Positions 20,316 to 28,728 of a stretch of DNA of 32,000 bases are shown piece by piece. The DNA comes from Pseudomonas aeruginosa (lineage in GTDB: Bacteria > Pseudomonadota > Gammaproteobacteria > Pseudomonadales > Pseudomonadaceae), in the NCBI RefSeq assembly GCF_001457615.1, contig NZ_LN831024.1, forward strand, positions 4,710,001 through 4,742,000, in the 5' to 3' direction. The notes beneath the pieces are model-generated. The model made no database searches and was not told where the DNA came from. It saw only the letters and a list, made by a program, of their open reading frames with translations. Each line of letters starts with the position of its first letter. Position 1 is the first letter of the stretch. The translations under genes and the position numbers were made by a program.

Positions 20316-20588
20316 ATGCTCATGACTACCGTTCCATTGATCGCCGCCCTGGCCTACATCGCCGCCGCGCTGCGCCTGGTCTGCTACCAGCGCTGCGGCG
20401 CTCGCTTCCGCCGCAGCGTCTCGTTGCTCGCCAGCCTGCTCGGCGCATCCATGGCCATCTGCGGCCTGGAAATCCTGCTCTACCGCCCACCGGTCAGCAT
20501 CTGGCACGCCATCGTCGCCGCCCTGCTGTGCCTGCTGATCTTCCGTTCCCGCGGCAACGTCGCCGCCCTGCTGAGGCCATCCGCATGA
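20316..20588 (+). CDS. Phage holin family protein
   Basis: 90 aa with multiple TM segments; 4-nt overlap with the endolysin gene. Confidence 0.65.
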   Translation: MLMTTVPLIAALAYIAAALRLVCYQRCGARFRRSVSLLASLLGASMAICGLEILLYRPPVSIWHAIVAALLCLLIFRSRGNVAALLRPSA

Positions 20589-21391
20589 CCCTTCGATATG
20601 GTGACCGTTCTCAAGAGGTCCTCCAGCTTCAGCGTCGACTGAACACCTGGGCCGGCGCCAATCTCTACGAGGACGGCCACTTCGGCGCCGCCACCGAGGA
20701 CGCGGTGCGTGCCTTCCAGCGTTCGCATGGACTGGTCGCCGATGGCATCGCTGGCCCGAAGACACTGTCCGCCCTCGGCGGCGCTGACTGCTCGCACCTG
20801 CTGCAGAACGCCGACCTCGTCGCCGCCGGAGCTCGCCTCGGCCTGCCGCTGGCGACGATCTATGCGGTCAATCAGGTCGAGTCGAACGGGCAGGGGTTCC
20901 TGGGCAACGGCAAGCCGGCAATCCTGTTCGAACGCCACATCATGTACCGCCGTCTCGCCGCCCACGATCAGGTCACCGCCGACCAGTTGGCCGCACAGTT
21001 CCCCGCGCTGGTGAATCCTCGCCCAGGCGGCTATGCCGGTGGAACAGCCGAGCACCAGCGCCTGGCGAACGCGCGCCAGATCGACGATACCGCCGCACTG
21101 GAGTCGGCCAGTTGGGGGGCCTTCCAGATCATGGGGTTCCACTGGCAACGCCTGGGCTACATCAGCGTGCAGGCCTTCGCCGAGTCCATGGGGCGCAGCG
21201 AGTCGGCCCAGTTCGAAGCGTTCGTCCGCTTCATCGACACCGACCCGGCGCTACACAAGGCGCTGAAGGCTCGCAAATGGGCCGACTTCGCCCGCCTCTA
21301 CAACGGCCCCGACTACAAGCGGAACCTCTACGACACCAAGCTCGCGCGGGCCTACGAGCAACACGCCAACTGCGCCGAGGCCAGCGCGTGA
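20585..21391 (+). CDS. Endolysin: N-terminal peptidoglycan-binding domain plus N-acetylmuramidase-like domain
   Basis: GDRSQEVLQLQRRLNTWAG...DGHFGAATEDAVRAFQRSHGLVADGIAGPKTLSAL; then VNQVESNGQGFL...ILFERHIMYRRL...SASWGAFQIMGFHW. Confidence 0.9.
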   Translation: MTLRYGDRSQEVLQLQRRLNTWAGANLYEDGHFGAATEDAVRAFQRSHGLVADGIAGPKTLSALGGADCSHLLQNADLVAAGARLGLPLATIYAVNQVESNGQGFLGNGKPAILFERHIMYRRLAAHDQVTADQLAAQFPALVNPRPGGYAGGTAEHQRLANARQIDDTAALESASWGAFQIMGFHWQRLGYISVQAFAESMGRSESAQFEAFVRFIDTDPALHKALKARKWADFARLYNGPDYKRNLYDTKLARAYEQHANCAEASA

Positions 21392-21849
21392 GCCTTCTGC
21401 GCCAGGTGCTGTACAGCGCCGCCCTGCTCGGTGCCCTCGGCTTGCTCCTGTGGGTACAGCAGCAGCGCATCGACCTGGCGCAGGCCCGCCTGGCCCAGGC
21501 CGAGTTGGCGAGGAAAGCCAGCGACGCCCAGCTTTCCCGCCAGGCCGGCACCATCACGGCCCTCGAGGCCGCCCTTTCCCGCGAGCGCCAGGCCCAGGCC
21601 GACCTGGACCAACAGCGGCAGCAGCTGCGCCAGGCGCTGGCCATCCGCGAACGCTTGATCGAGGACCTGAAACGTGACGATGAACCCTATCGCCAGTGGG
21701 CTGACCAGCCTCTGCCTGATGCTGCTCGTCGGCTGCAACAGCGCCCCGCTATCACCGGAGCGGCCGCTTATCATCAGTGGCTGTCCCGCCGTGACGCCCT
21801 GCAGCCTGGAGTCAGCGGCACCGAAGGACAACGGCGGCCTACAGACTGA
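21388..21849 (+). CDS. Inner-membrane spanin (Rz/LysB-like), GTG start
   Basis: VSLLRQVLYSAALLGALGLLLWVQQQ then a Gln/Arg-rich coiled coil; GTG overlaps the endolysin stop. Confidence 0.75.
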   Translation: MSLLRQVLYSAALLGALGLLLWVQQQRIDLAQARLAQAELARKASDAQLSRQAGTITALEAALSRERQAQADLDQQRQQLRQALAIRERLIEDLKRDDEPYRQWADQPLPDAARRLQQRPAITGAAAYHQWLSRRDALQPGVSGTEGQRRPTD

Positions 21850-21946
21850 AGTCGAGCGTATCGGCCTGGCCTGGGCCGAGTGCGCCGCGAAGGTCGACAT
21901 GATCATCCGCACCCAAGGGGCTGCTACCCATGAACAAGCCCGATAG
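21674..21946 (+). CDS. Outer-membrane spanin lipoprotein (Rz1/LysC-like), out-of-frame overlap with Rz
   Basis: MTMNPIASGLTSLCLMLLVGCNSAPLSPERP with lipobox LVGC; embedded in an alternative frame. Confidence 0.8.
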   Translation: MTMNPIASGLTSLCLMLLVGCNSAPLSPERPLIISGCPAVTPCSLESAAPKDNGGLQTEVERIGLAWAECAAKVDMIIRTQGAATHEQAR

Positions 21947-22466
21947 TCTGAAGGCACATCTGCTCGCCGCCGTGCCGGAACTCAGGAACAACGGCGACCG
22001 CCTGGTGATATTCATCGACAACGGCCGGGTCCGCAGCACCTCGGCCGAGAGCCTGTCCTTCGAATACGCCTATGACCTGCAGGTGATCCTCACCGACTTC
22101 GCCGGGCACCCCGACAGCGTGTTTCTGCCGCTGCTCGGCTGGCTGCTGGTGAACCAGTCGGATCTGCTGGCCAACCTCACCAAGGTGCAGGACGGCATCA
22201 CCTTCGAGGCCGACATGCTCGACCGCAGCAAGGTCGACCTCGGTATCGTCCTGCCACTGACCGAGCGTGTCGTCGTCAAGCGTCGCGAGGATGGCCGCTA
22301 CGATGTGAGTCACCCGGAAGAGCCCCAGCTCACCGAGGCCATCGAGGTCGATGGGCCGATGCAGATGCTCGCCAACGGCGAGCTGCTGGCCGAGTGGACG
22401 CCGCCGACGCCTACCGAGGCCGTCATGCTCGAGACGCCGCAGATCAGGCGCCCGGCCAATGGCTGA
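21930..22466 (+). CDS. R: Tail completion protein (P2 gpR-like)
   Basis: MNKPDSLKAHLLAAVPELRNNGDRLVIFIDNGRVRST. Confidence 0.88.
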   Translation: MNKPDSLKAHLLAAVPELRNNGDRLVIFIDNGRVRSTSAESLSFEYAYDLQVILTDFAGHPDSVFLPLLGWLLVNQSDLLANLTKVQDGITFEADMLDRSKVDLGIVLPLTERVVVKRREDGRYDVSHPEEPQLTEAIEVDGPMQMLANGELLAEWTPPTPTEAVMLETPQIRRPANG

Positions 22467-22917
22467 CAGCCTCCAGGTTCTGGAAGACTGGGCAGGGCCG
22501 ATTCTCCGCGCCCTCGAGCCAGGCCCTCGTGCTGCCCTCGCGCGTTCGCTCGCCCGCGATCTACGGCGCAGCCAGCAGAAGCGCGTAATGGCACAGCGCA
22601 ACCCCGACGGAAGCGCCTACGAGCCACGCAAGAAGCGCGAACTGCGCGGCAAACAAGGCCGTATTCGGCGCAAGATCAAGATGTTCCAGAAGCTGCGCAC
22701 GGTGCGCTATCTGCGCGCCAAGGGCGACGCCCAGGCGATTACGGTTTCCTTCGCTGGTCGGATCGCACGCATCGCGCGGGTTCACCAGTACGGGCTGAGG
22801 GACCGTGCTGAGCCTGGCGCTCCTGAAGTCCAATATGCGCAGCGCTCCCTTCTAGGGTTCACCGCCGCGGATCTAGACAGCATCCGCAGCGGTGTCCTAA
22901 AGCATCTCCCCCCCTGA
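22459..22917 (+). CDS. S: Tail completion/virion morphogenesis protein (P2 gpS-like)
   Basis: RRSQQKRVMAQRNPDGSAYEPRKKRELRGKQGRIRRKIKMFQKLRT. Confidence 0.9.
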   Translation: MADSLQVLEDWAGPILRALEPGPRAALARSLARDLRRSQQKRVMAQRNPDGSAYEPRKKRELRGKQGRIRRKIKMFQKLRTVRYLRAKGDAQAITVSFAGRIARIARVHQYGLRDRAEPGAPEVQYAQRSLLGFTAADLDSIRSGVLKHLPP

Positions 22918-22926
22918 CATCCAACA

Positions 22927-23355
22927 TCAATCCCACTGCCGATGGCGCTCGGCAAATTTCAGTACGTGTTCGTTGTAAGGCTTCCGCTTGAAGCGAGTAC
23001 GGTGAATGTACTGGCGGCCAGTCTCGCGACTCACAGCCATGGAGCTGATCTCATACTCCCCCTGTCCTTGCTCCCTGAGGTTCAGGAAGGTGTCACTCGA
23101 AACGACATCCAACGGCGCTTGGTTATCGTCAACAACCACAAGCAGCTCGCGCTCATCAGTCGGAGTGATGCCATGGGTGATCTTGTAAACAAAGAGCTCC
23201 CAGGACGCTTCCGGCATTTCGCGCTGGCCGGACTCCCAGAGTTCCCAGGTGCGTTTGGAGACATGTACCAGCTGCGCAGCTTCCGCTGTGCTAGCTCCGA
23301 GAACTGATCGCGCTTTACGCGCTAACTCTCCCCTTTTCGCAGAATCGCTGTTCAT
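22927..23355 (-). CDS. HTH-type regulator (XRE-like), reverse-strand cargo gene between S and V
   Basis: MNSDSAKRGELARKARSVLGASTAEAAQLVHVSKRTWELWESGQREMPEASWELFVYKI; opposite strand to flanking late genes. Confidence 0.75.
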   Translation of the reverse strand: MNSDSAKRGELARKARSVLGASTAEAAQLVHVSKRTWELWESGQREMPEASWELFVYKITHGITPTDERELLVVVDDNQAPLDVVSSDTFLNLREQGQGEYEISSMAVSRETGRQYIHRTRFKRKPYNEHVLKFAERHRQWD

Positions 23356-23466
23356 AAAAGCCCTCCTGGGCATCATTGAATAACCGCTCAAAACAAGCGG
23401 ACAGAGAAAAAAATACGCCATAACCCCAATGCTGCGCAAGAGCGAATTCTTGTGAATATATAACCT

Positions 23467-23487
23467 TTGTACGCAAGGCTCGTACAA
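23467..23487. promoter_or_regulatory. Late-promoter activator candidate site upstream of V
   Basis: TTGTAC-gcaaggctc-GTACAA, same 21-bp architecture as the sites at 16470 and 28633. Confidence 0.65.
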
Positions 23488-23532
23488 GCCCCGCTGCCCG
23501 CATCCTTTCCCATAACAGCACATGCTTAGCGC

Positions 23533-24105
23533 ATGGCTGACTTTGCGACCCTCTCCCGCATGATCGAGAACCTGATCCGCCTCGGCACCATCGCCGCGGT
23601 GGACCATGCCGCGCAGCGCGTCCGTGTGTTGACTGGTGACCTACTGACCGGCTGGCTGCCCTGGGCATCGCCGCGGGCCGGCGCCGACCGCGAATGGAAC
23701 GCCCCCACCCTGAACGAGCAAGTACTGCTCTTCAGCCCATCCGGGCAGACCGCCAATGGCGTGGTCCTGACCGGCTTGTTCAGTGACCTGATCCCGCCCA
23801 ACGGCGACCGCGACGCCCTGCATCGCACCACCTACCGCGACGGCGCGGTTATCGAGTACGACAGCGCAGCCCACCACCTGCGCGCAGTTCTTCCCGCCGG
23901 CGGTACCACCGAGCTCATCAGCGACGGCGGCATCCGCATCGTCGGCGACATCACCCACCAGGGCGACTACATCCAGACCGGCAACCAGACCGTCACCGGC
24001 AAGGTCACCGTGAGCGTCGACGTGATCGCCAAGGGCATCAGCCTGGTCGGTCATACCCACGGCGGCGTCATGCCGGGCGGCGCTACGACGGGGAAACCGC
24101 AATGA
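23533..24105 (+). CDS. V: Baseplate assembly protein V (tail spike)
   Basis: MADFATLSRMIENLIRLGTIAAVD... VRVLTGDLLTGWLPWASPRAG... C-terminal HTHGG. Confidence 0.93.
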   Translation: MADFATLSRMIENLIRLGTIAAVDHAAQRVRVLTGDLLTGWLPWASPRAGADREWNAPTLNEQVLLFSPSGQTANGVVLTGLFSDLIPPNGDRDALHRTTYRDGAVIEYDSAAHHLRAVLPAGGTTELISDGGIRIVGDITHQGDYIQTGNQTVTGKVTVSVDVIAKGISLVGHTHGGVMPGGATTGKPQ

Positions 24106-24446
24106 ACGCCCACACCGGCGGCGCCATCGACCGCTTGGCACACATCCGCCAGTCGATCGCCGACATCCTCACCACTCGCATTGGTAGCCGCGTCATGCGG
24201 CGCGAATACGGCAGCCAGTTGCCGGAGCTGATCGATGCTCCGTTCAACGACACCACCCGCCTGCAGGTCTATGCCGCCACCGCCATGGCCCTCATGCGCT
24301 GGGAGCCGCGCATCCGCCTGAGCCGTGTCCAGATCACCGGCCAGAACCTGGCCGGCCAGGTGCTCATGGAGATTAACGCCACCCTGGTGGACAGCAACGA
24401 ACCGCACAACCTGAGCATCCCCCTGCAGATGGGCGCCAGCGCATGA
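24102..24446 (+). CDS. W: Baseplate wedge protein W (gp25-like)
   Basis: IRQSIADILTTRIGSRVMRREYGSQLPELIDAPFNDTTRLQVYAATAMALMRWEPRI. Confidence 0.93.
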   Translation: MNAHTGGAIDRLAHIRQSIADILTTRIGSRVMRREYGSQLPELIDAPFNDTTRLQVYAATAMALMRWEPRIRLSRVQITGQNLAGQVLMEINATLVDSNEPHNLSIPLQMGASA

Positions 24447-25357
24447 CAACGAACTTCGTCGCCATCGACCTCAGCCAGTTGCCACCACCACACGCGGTGG
24501 AGCAGCTGGACTACGAGCAGATACTCGCCGAGCGCAAGGCCTACGCCATCAGCCTCTGGCCGGAGGATCAGCAGGCGGAAATCTCCGCCCGCCTCGCCCT
24601 GGAGTCCGAACCGCTGACCAAGCTGCTCGAGGAAAACGCATACCGCGAAATGCTCTGGCGCCAGCGGGTCAACGAGGCGGCTCTCGCCAACATGCTGGCC
24701 AGCGCCCAGGGCGCCGACCTCGACCAGCTCGCCGCGAACTACAACGTCAAGCGCCTGGTCATCCAGCCCGGAGATCCGTCGAAGGTGCCGCCCGTACCGG
24801 AACTGCTCGAGTCCGACGACAGCCTGCGCGAGCGGGCGCAGATGGCCTGGGAAGGCCTCAGCACCGCGGGACCGCGTAACAGCTACATCTTCCACGCCCG
24901 CGCCGCCGACGGTCGCGTCGGCGATGCCTCAGCCGTCAGCCCATCACCTGCCGTTGTCGTGGTGACGGTGCAGGCCGCCCAGGGCAACGGCAGCGCCCCG
25001 GCGGACCTGCTGGCCATCGTCGACGCCTACCTCAACGATGCCGACCGTCGCCCCGTCGCTGATCGCCTGACAGTCCAGTCCGCCCAAGTGCTCGAGTACC
25101 GTGTCGACGCGACGCTCTACCTGGCCACCATCGGCCCGGAATCCGAGCCGATACTCGATGCCGCCCGGGCCCGTTTGACGGCATACGTCCATCAGCGTCG
25201 ACGCCTGGGCATGGAGGTGTCCGAGTCGGCGGTGCATGCGGCCTTGCACGTAGAAGGCGTGCGCAAAGTCACGCTCAGCAACTGGTCGGACATCGCCGCT
25301 ACACCGGCCCAGGCGCCCTACTGCACCGGAATTACGCTGACGCTGGGGGATGAGTGA
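24443..25357 (+). CDS. J: Baseplate assembly protein J
   Basis: FVAIDLSQLPPPHAVEQLDYEQILAERKAY; gpJ-like pattern; overlaps W and I. Confidence 0.92.
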   Translation: MTTNFVAIDLSQLPPPHAVEQLDYEQILAERKAYAISLWPEDQQAEISARLALESEPLTKLLEENAYREMLWRQRVNEAALANMLASAQGADLDQLAANYNVKRLVIQPGDPSKVPPVPELLESDDSLRERAQMAWEGLSTAGPRNSYIFHARAADGRVGDASAVSPSPAVVVVTVQAAQGNGSAPADLLAIVDAYLNDADRRPVADRLTVQSAQVLEYRVDATLYLATIGPESEPILDAARARLTAYVHQRRRLGMEVSESAVHAALHVEGVRKVTLSNWSDIAATPAQAPYCTGITLTLGDE

Positions 25358-25893
25358 TGCCCAGCTTGCTCCCACGCAACGCCACCGAGCTGGAGCGCCT
25401 GGCCGCCGAAGCCCTGGCGCAGATCGAGCGGGTACCGATCCCATTGCGCCAACTGTGGAACCCCAGCACCTGCCCGGTCGCCCTTCTGCCGTACCTGGCC
25501 TGGGCGTTCTCCGTCGATCGCTGGGACAGCACCTGGCCGGAGCGTGTGAAGCGCCAGGTCATTCGGGATGCCTACCTCGTCCACTCCCACAAGGGAACCT
25601 TGAGCGCCCTGCGCCGCGTGGTCGAACCCGTCGGCTCGCTGACCGACATCCTCGAGTGGTGGCAACAGACCCCCGCCGGCGTCCCCGGCACCTTCGAAAT
25701 CACCGTCGACGTCAGCGACAACGGTCTCGACGAGGAGACCGTGCTCGAGCTCGAGCGCCTGCTCGACGACGTGCGCCCAGTCAGCCGACACCTGACCCGC
25801 CTGGACCTGCGCATCACGCCGGACATCCTGGCCCGCCACGGCCTGGCGACGATCGACGGCGACACCCTGGAAATCAGCCCCTGGAAGCAGTGA
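25354..25893 (+). CDS. I: Tail protein I
   Basis: LLPRNATELERLAAEALAQIERVPIPLRQLWNPSTCPVALLPYLAWAFSVDRWD. Confidence 0.93.
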   Translation: MMPSLLPRNATELERLAAEALAQIERVPIPLRQLWNPSTCPVALLPYLAWAFSVDRWDSTWPERVKRQVIRDAYLVHSHKGTLSALRRVVEPVGSLTDILEWWQQTPAGVPGTFEITVDVSDNGLDEETVLELERLLDDVRPVSRHLTRLDLRITPDILARHGLATIDGDTLEISPWKQ

Positions 25894-25894
25894 T

Positions 25895-28183
25895 ATGACG
25901 ACTCCCAAGTACGGCGGCCTGCTCACCGACATCGGCGCGGCAGCGCTGATCGCGGCGAGCGAAGCCGGGAAGAAGTGGCAGCCCACCCATATGCTCATCG
26001 GTGACGCCGGCGGCGCGCCCGGCGAGACGGCTGACCCCATCCCCTCGGCCGCTCAGACCAAGCTGATCCGCCAGCGCTACCGCGCTCAACTGAACCGTCT
26101 GTTCGTCTCCGAGCAAAGCGCAAACGTGCTGGTCGCCGAGCTGGTACTGCCGATGGCCATCGGCGGCTTCTGGATACGGGAGATCGGCCTCGAGGACGCC
26201 GATGGGAAGTTCGTGGCGGTCGCCAACTGCCCGCCCAGCTTCAAGGCCAGCGTCGAGAGCGGGAGCGCGCGCACCCAAACCATCCGCGTGCAGATCATCC
26301 TATCCGGCATGGAGCACGTCGAACTGATCATCGACGACGGCATCGTCTACGCCACCCAGGACTGGGTGACGGCGAAGGTTGCCGCGGACTTCAAGGGACG
26401 CAAGGTGCTGGCCGGCAACGGCCTGGTCGGCGGTGGCGATCTGTCTGCAGATCGCACCATCGCCTTGCCAGCCTCCGGCGTGGGTGCCGGCACCTACCGC
26501 GCGGTCACCGTCAACGCCAACGGTATCGTCACCGCCGGCAACAACCCGACCACGCTGGGCGGCTACGGCATCACTGACGCACTGCATGCCAGCGAGGCGG
26601 TCACCACCCCGACGGCGAACAAGCTGCTCAGGCTGAACGCGGCCGGACTACTACCGGCCTCGATTACGGGCAACGCAGCCACTGCCAGCCGGCTTGCAGC
26701 GCCCATCACGCTCAGCGCGAGCGGCGATGCAACGTGGTCAGCTCGGTTCGATGGGGCCACAAACGTCAACGGAGTCCTGACGCTGGCCAACTCCGGCGTC
26801 ACCGCCGGGACCTACGCGAAAGTCACGGTGAACGCCAAAGGACTGGTTACCGGAGCCAGTGGGCTTGTAGCGAGTGATATTCCGGCCCTTGATGCAGGAA
26901 AAATCACCTCCGGCATCTTACCTGCTGCCAGAGGCGGTACCGGCAATGGTATTGGTCAGGCTGCAACGGCGGTCAAACTCGCCGCCCCTCGCACGATCTA
27001 CCTCGGTGGGGACGCCAGCGGCTCGACAACGTTCGACGGTAGCTCAAACGCTGGAATCACGGTCACGCTGGCGAACTCGGGCGTAAATGCCGGCTCCTAC
27101 CCCAAAGTCACCGTTAACGCCAAGGGGCTGGTTACGGCTGGCGGTGGCCTGACGGCAGCAGACATTCCTGCGTTGGATGCTTCGAAGATTGCTACCGGCC
27201 GACTCGATCTTGAACGCTTGCCGTTGGTGTCGCAGGGACTGGCCACGGCTGTGCATACCAGCGTTGATCCCAACTCGGTAGTCATTCCGCTGGTACTGAC
27301 CAATCACGCGAATGGCCCAGTGGCTGGCCGCTACTACTACATCCAGACGATGTTCTATCCGACCGTCGAAGGCAACGCGACGCAGATTGCAACCGGCTAT
27401 GCCGGCGTGGCTGACATGTACGTTCGTTATGCCTACGCTTCCCCCGCAACGACCGATTCGTCCAAGCGGGAGTGGTCAGCCTGGGTCCGCTGCGATCTGG
27501 GCGGTGCCTTCGCACACGCGCCCGATGGTGAGCTGGGTGGCTATGTCAATCTGGACTCGATGATTGCTTCGGGCTGGTGGCATCAACCGTTCACCGCAAA
27601 CGCCAAGAACGGGGAGAACTATCCCGTAGGCGAAGCAGGTTTATTGACGGTTCATGCTCCAACCGCCTCGATGATCTATCAGACCTATCGTGGCTACGCC
27701 GCCGGCGGTCTGTACTGGCGCTGCCGCTACAACGGAACATGGTCAGCTTGGTATCGTGCATGGGACTCCGGCAACTTCAACCCGGCCAACTATGTGGCCA
27801 AGTCGGAATACTCCTGGGCGTCCTTGCCTGGGAAACCATCGAATTTCCCACCCAGCGCGCACGTTCACTCTGCAGCGAGCAGGGGCGTGAGCGGCTGGTA
27901 CAAGAACAACGATACGGGGGTGATATTTCAGTGGGTGAACCTGTCTATCGGTGACCACCCTGGGGGAGTTATCGATCGGGTCGTGACGTTCCCCATTGCC
28001 TTCCCGAATGCCTGTCTACATGTCGTTCCAACTGTTAGAGAAAACGGCCGTCCTGCCATTCCCGCCTCAACTGTAACGGTTGCAGAAAAAGCCAGAACGG
28101 CGACCAACTGCACCATCGTTTCAAGTGAGTACATCGGGAATGTGCAGAACTTCGGCATCAATGTTTTCGCAATTGGCTATTGA
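25895..28183 (+). CDS. H: Tail fibre protein (P2 gpH-like, R-pyocin-fibre-like), 762 aa
   Basis: MTTPKYGGLLTDIGAAALIAASEAGKKWQPTHMLIGDAGGAPG N-terminus; repeated fibre modules; C-terminus GDHPGGVIDRVVTFPIAFPNACLHVVPTVRENGRP. Confidence 0.92.
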   Translation: MTTPKYGGLLTDIGAAALIAASEAGKKWQPTHMLIGDAGGAPGETADPIPSAAQTKLIRQRYRAQLNRLFVSEQSANVLVAELVLPMAIGGFWIREIGLEDADGKFVAVANCPPSFKASVESGSARTQTIRVQIILSGMEHVELIIDDGIVYATQDWVTAKVAADFKGRKVLAGNGLVGGGDLSADRTIALPASGVGAGTYRAVTVNANGIVTAGNNPTTLGGYGITDALHASEAVTTPTANKLLRLNAAGLLPASITGNAATASRLAAPITLSASGDATWSARFDGATNVNGVLTLANSGVTAGTYAKVTVNAKGLVTGASGLVASDIPALDAGKITSGILPAARGGTGNGIGQAATAVKLAAPRTIYLGGDASGSTTFDGSSNAGITVTLANSGVNAGSYPKVTVNAKGLVTAGGGLTAADIPALDASKIATGRLDLERLPLVSQGLATAVHTSVDPNSVVIPLVLTNHANGPVAGRYYYIQTMFYPTVEGNATQIATGYAGVADMYVRYAYASPATTDSSKREWSAWVRCDLGGAFAHAPDGELGGYVNLDSMIASGWWHQPFTANAKNGENYPVGEAGLLTVHAPTASMIYQTYRGYAAGGLYWRCRYNGTWSAWYRAWDSGNFNPANYVAKSEYSWASLPGKPSNFPPSAHVHSAASRGVSGWYKNNDTGVIFQWVNLSIGDHPGGVIDRVVTFPIAFPNACLHVVPTVRENGRPAIPASTVTVAEKARTATNCTIVSSEYIGNVQNFGINVFAIGY

Positions 28184-28191
28184 GGTGGAAT

Positions 28192-28638
28192 ATGTTCTTT
28201 TATTGCCCGAAGACTGGCGGCTTTTACTCTCCAGAGGTACATGGTGAACAAATGCCAGCGGAATCGGAGCTTTGGCCTCTGACGGATGAAGAGTACGAGG
28301 CACTGCTCGACGCTCAGGGCCAGGGACTGTTGATCGTCGCTGGCAAGGATGGACAGCCGGTCGCCACGCCACCACCACCTCTCGGAGACGAGGCTCTGGC
28401 AACGATCGAGCGCGATTGGCGCGACCGCCAGCTCGACGACACCGACGCCCTGGTCGCACGTCACCGCGACGAGCTCGAGGTTGGTACCACGACGCTCAGC
28501 ACTGAGCAGTACCAGGCGCTGCAGGCGTACCGCCGCCAACTGCGCGACTGGCCGGAGTCTGGTGAGTTTCCGCTCGCAGAACACCGGCCGGCCGCACCGG
28601 ACTGGCTCGAAGCCCTCTTCGCAGATGGCATCTTGTAG
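28192..28638 (+). CDS. Tail fibre assembly protein/chaperone
   Basis: MFFYCPKTGGFYSPEVHGEQMPAESELWPLTDEEYEALLDAQGQG directly follows the fibre gene. Confidence 0.85.
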   Translation: MFFYCPKTGGFYSPEVHGEQMPAESELWPLTDEEYEALLDAQGQGLLIVAGKDGQPVATPPPPLGDEALATIERDWRDRQLDDTDALVARHRDELEVGTTTLSTEQYQALQAYRRQLRDWPESGEFPLAEHRPAAPDWLEALFADGIL

Positions 28639-28653
28639 CTTCACGCCGTACAA
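28633..28653. promoter_or_regulatory. Late-promoter activator candidate site upstream of FI
   Basis: TTGTAG-cttcacgcc-GTACAA, overlapping the TAG stop of the fibre assembly gene. Confidence 0.65.
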
Positions 28654-28728
28654 GCTTCCCGCCTCGCCCCTTCGCCGCGCGCGCGGCAGCCTGTGCAGTG
28701 TCATCCAACCACTGCACAGGCACACCCC

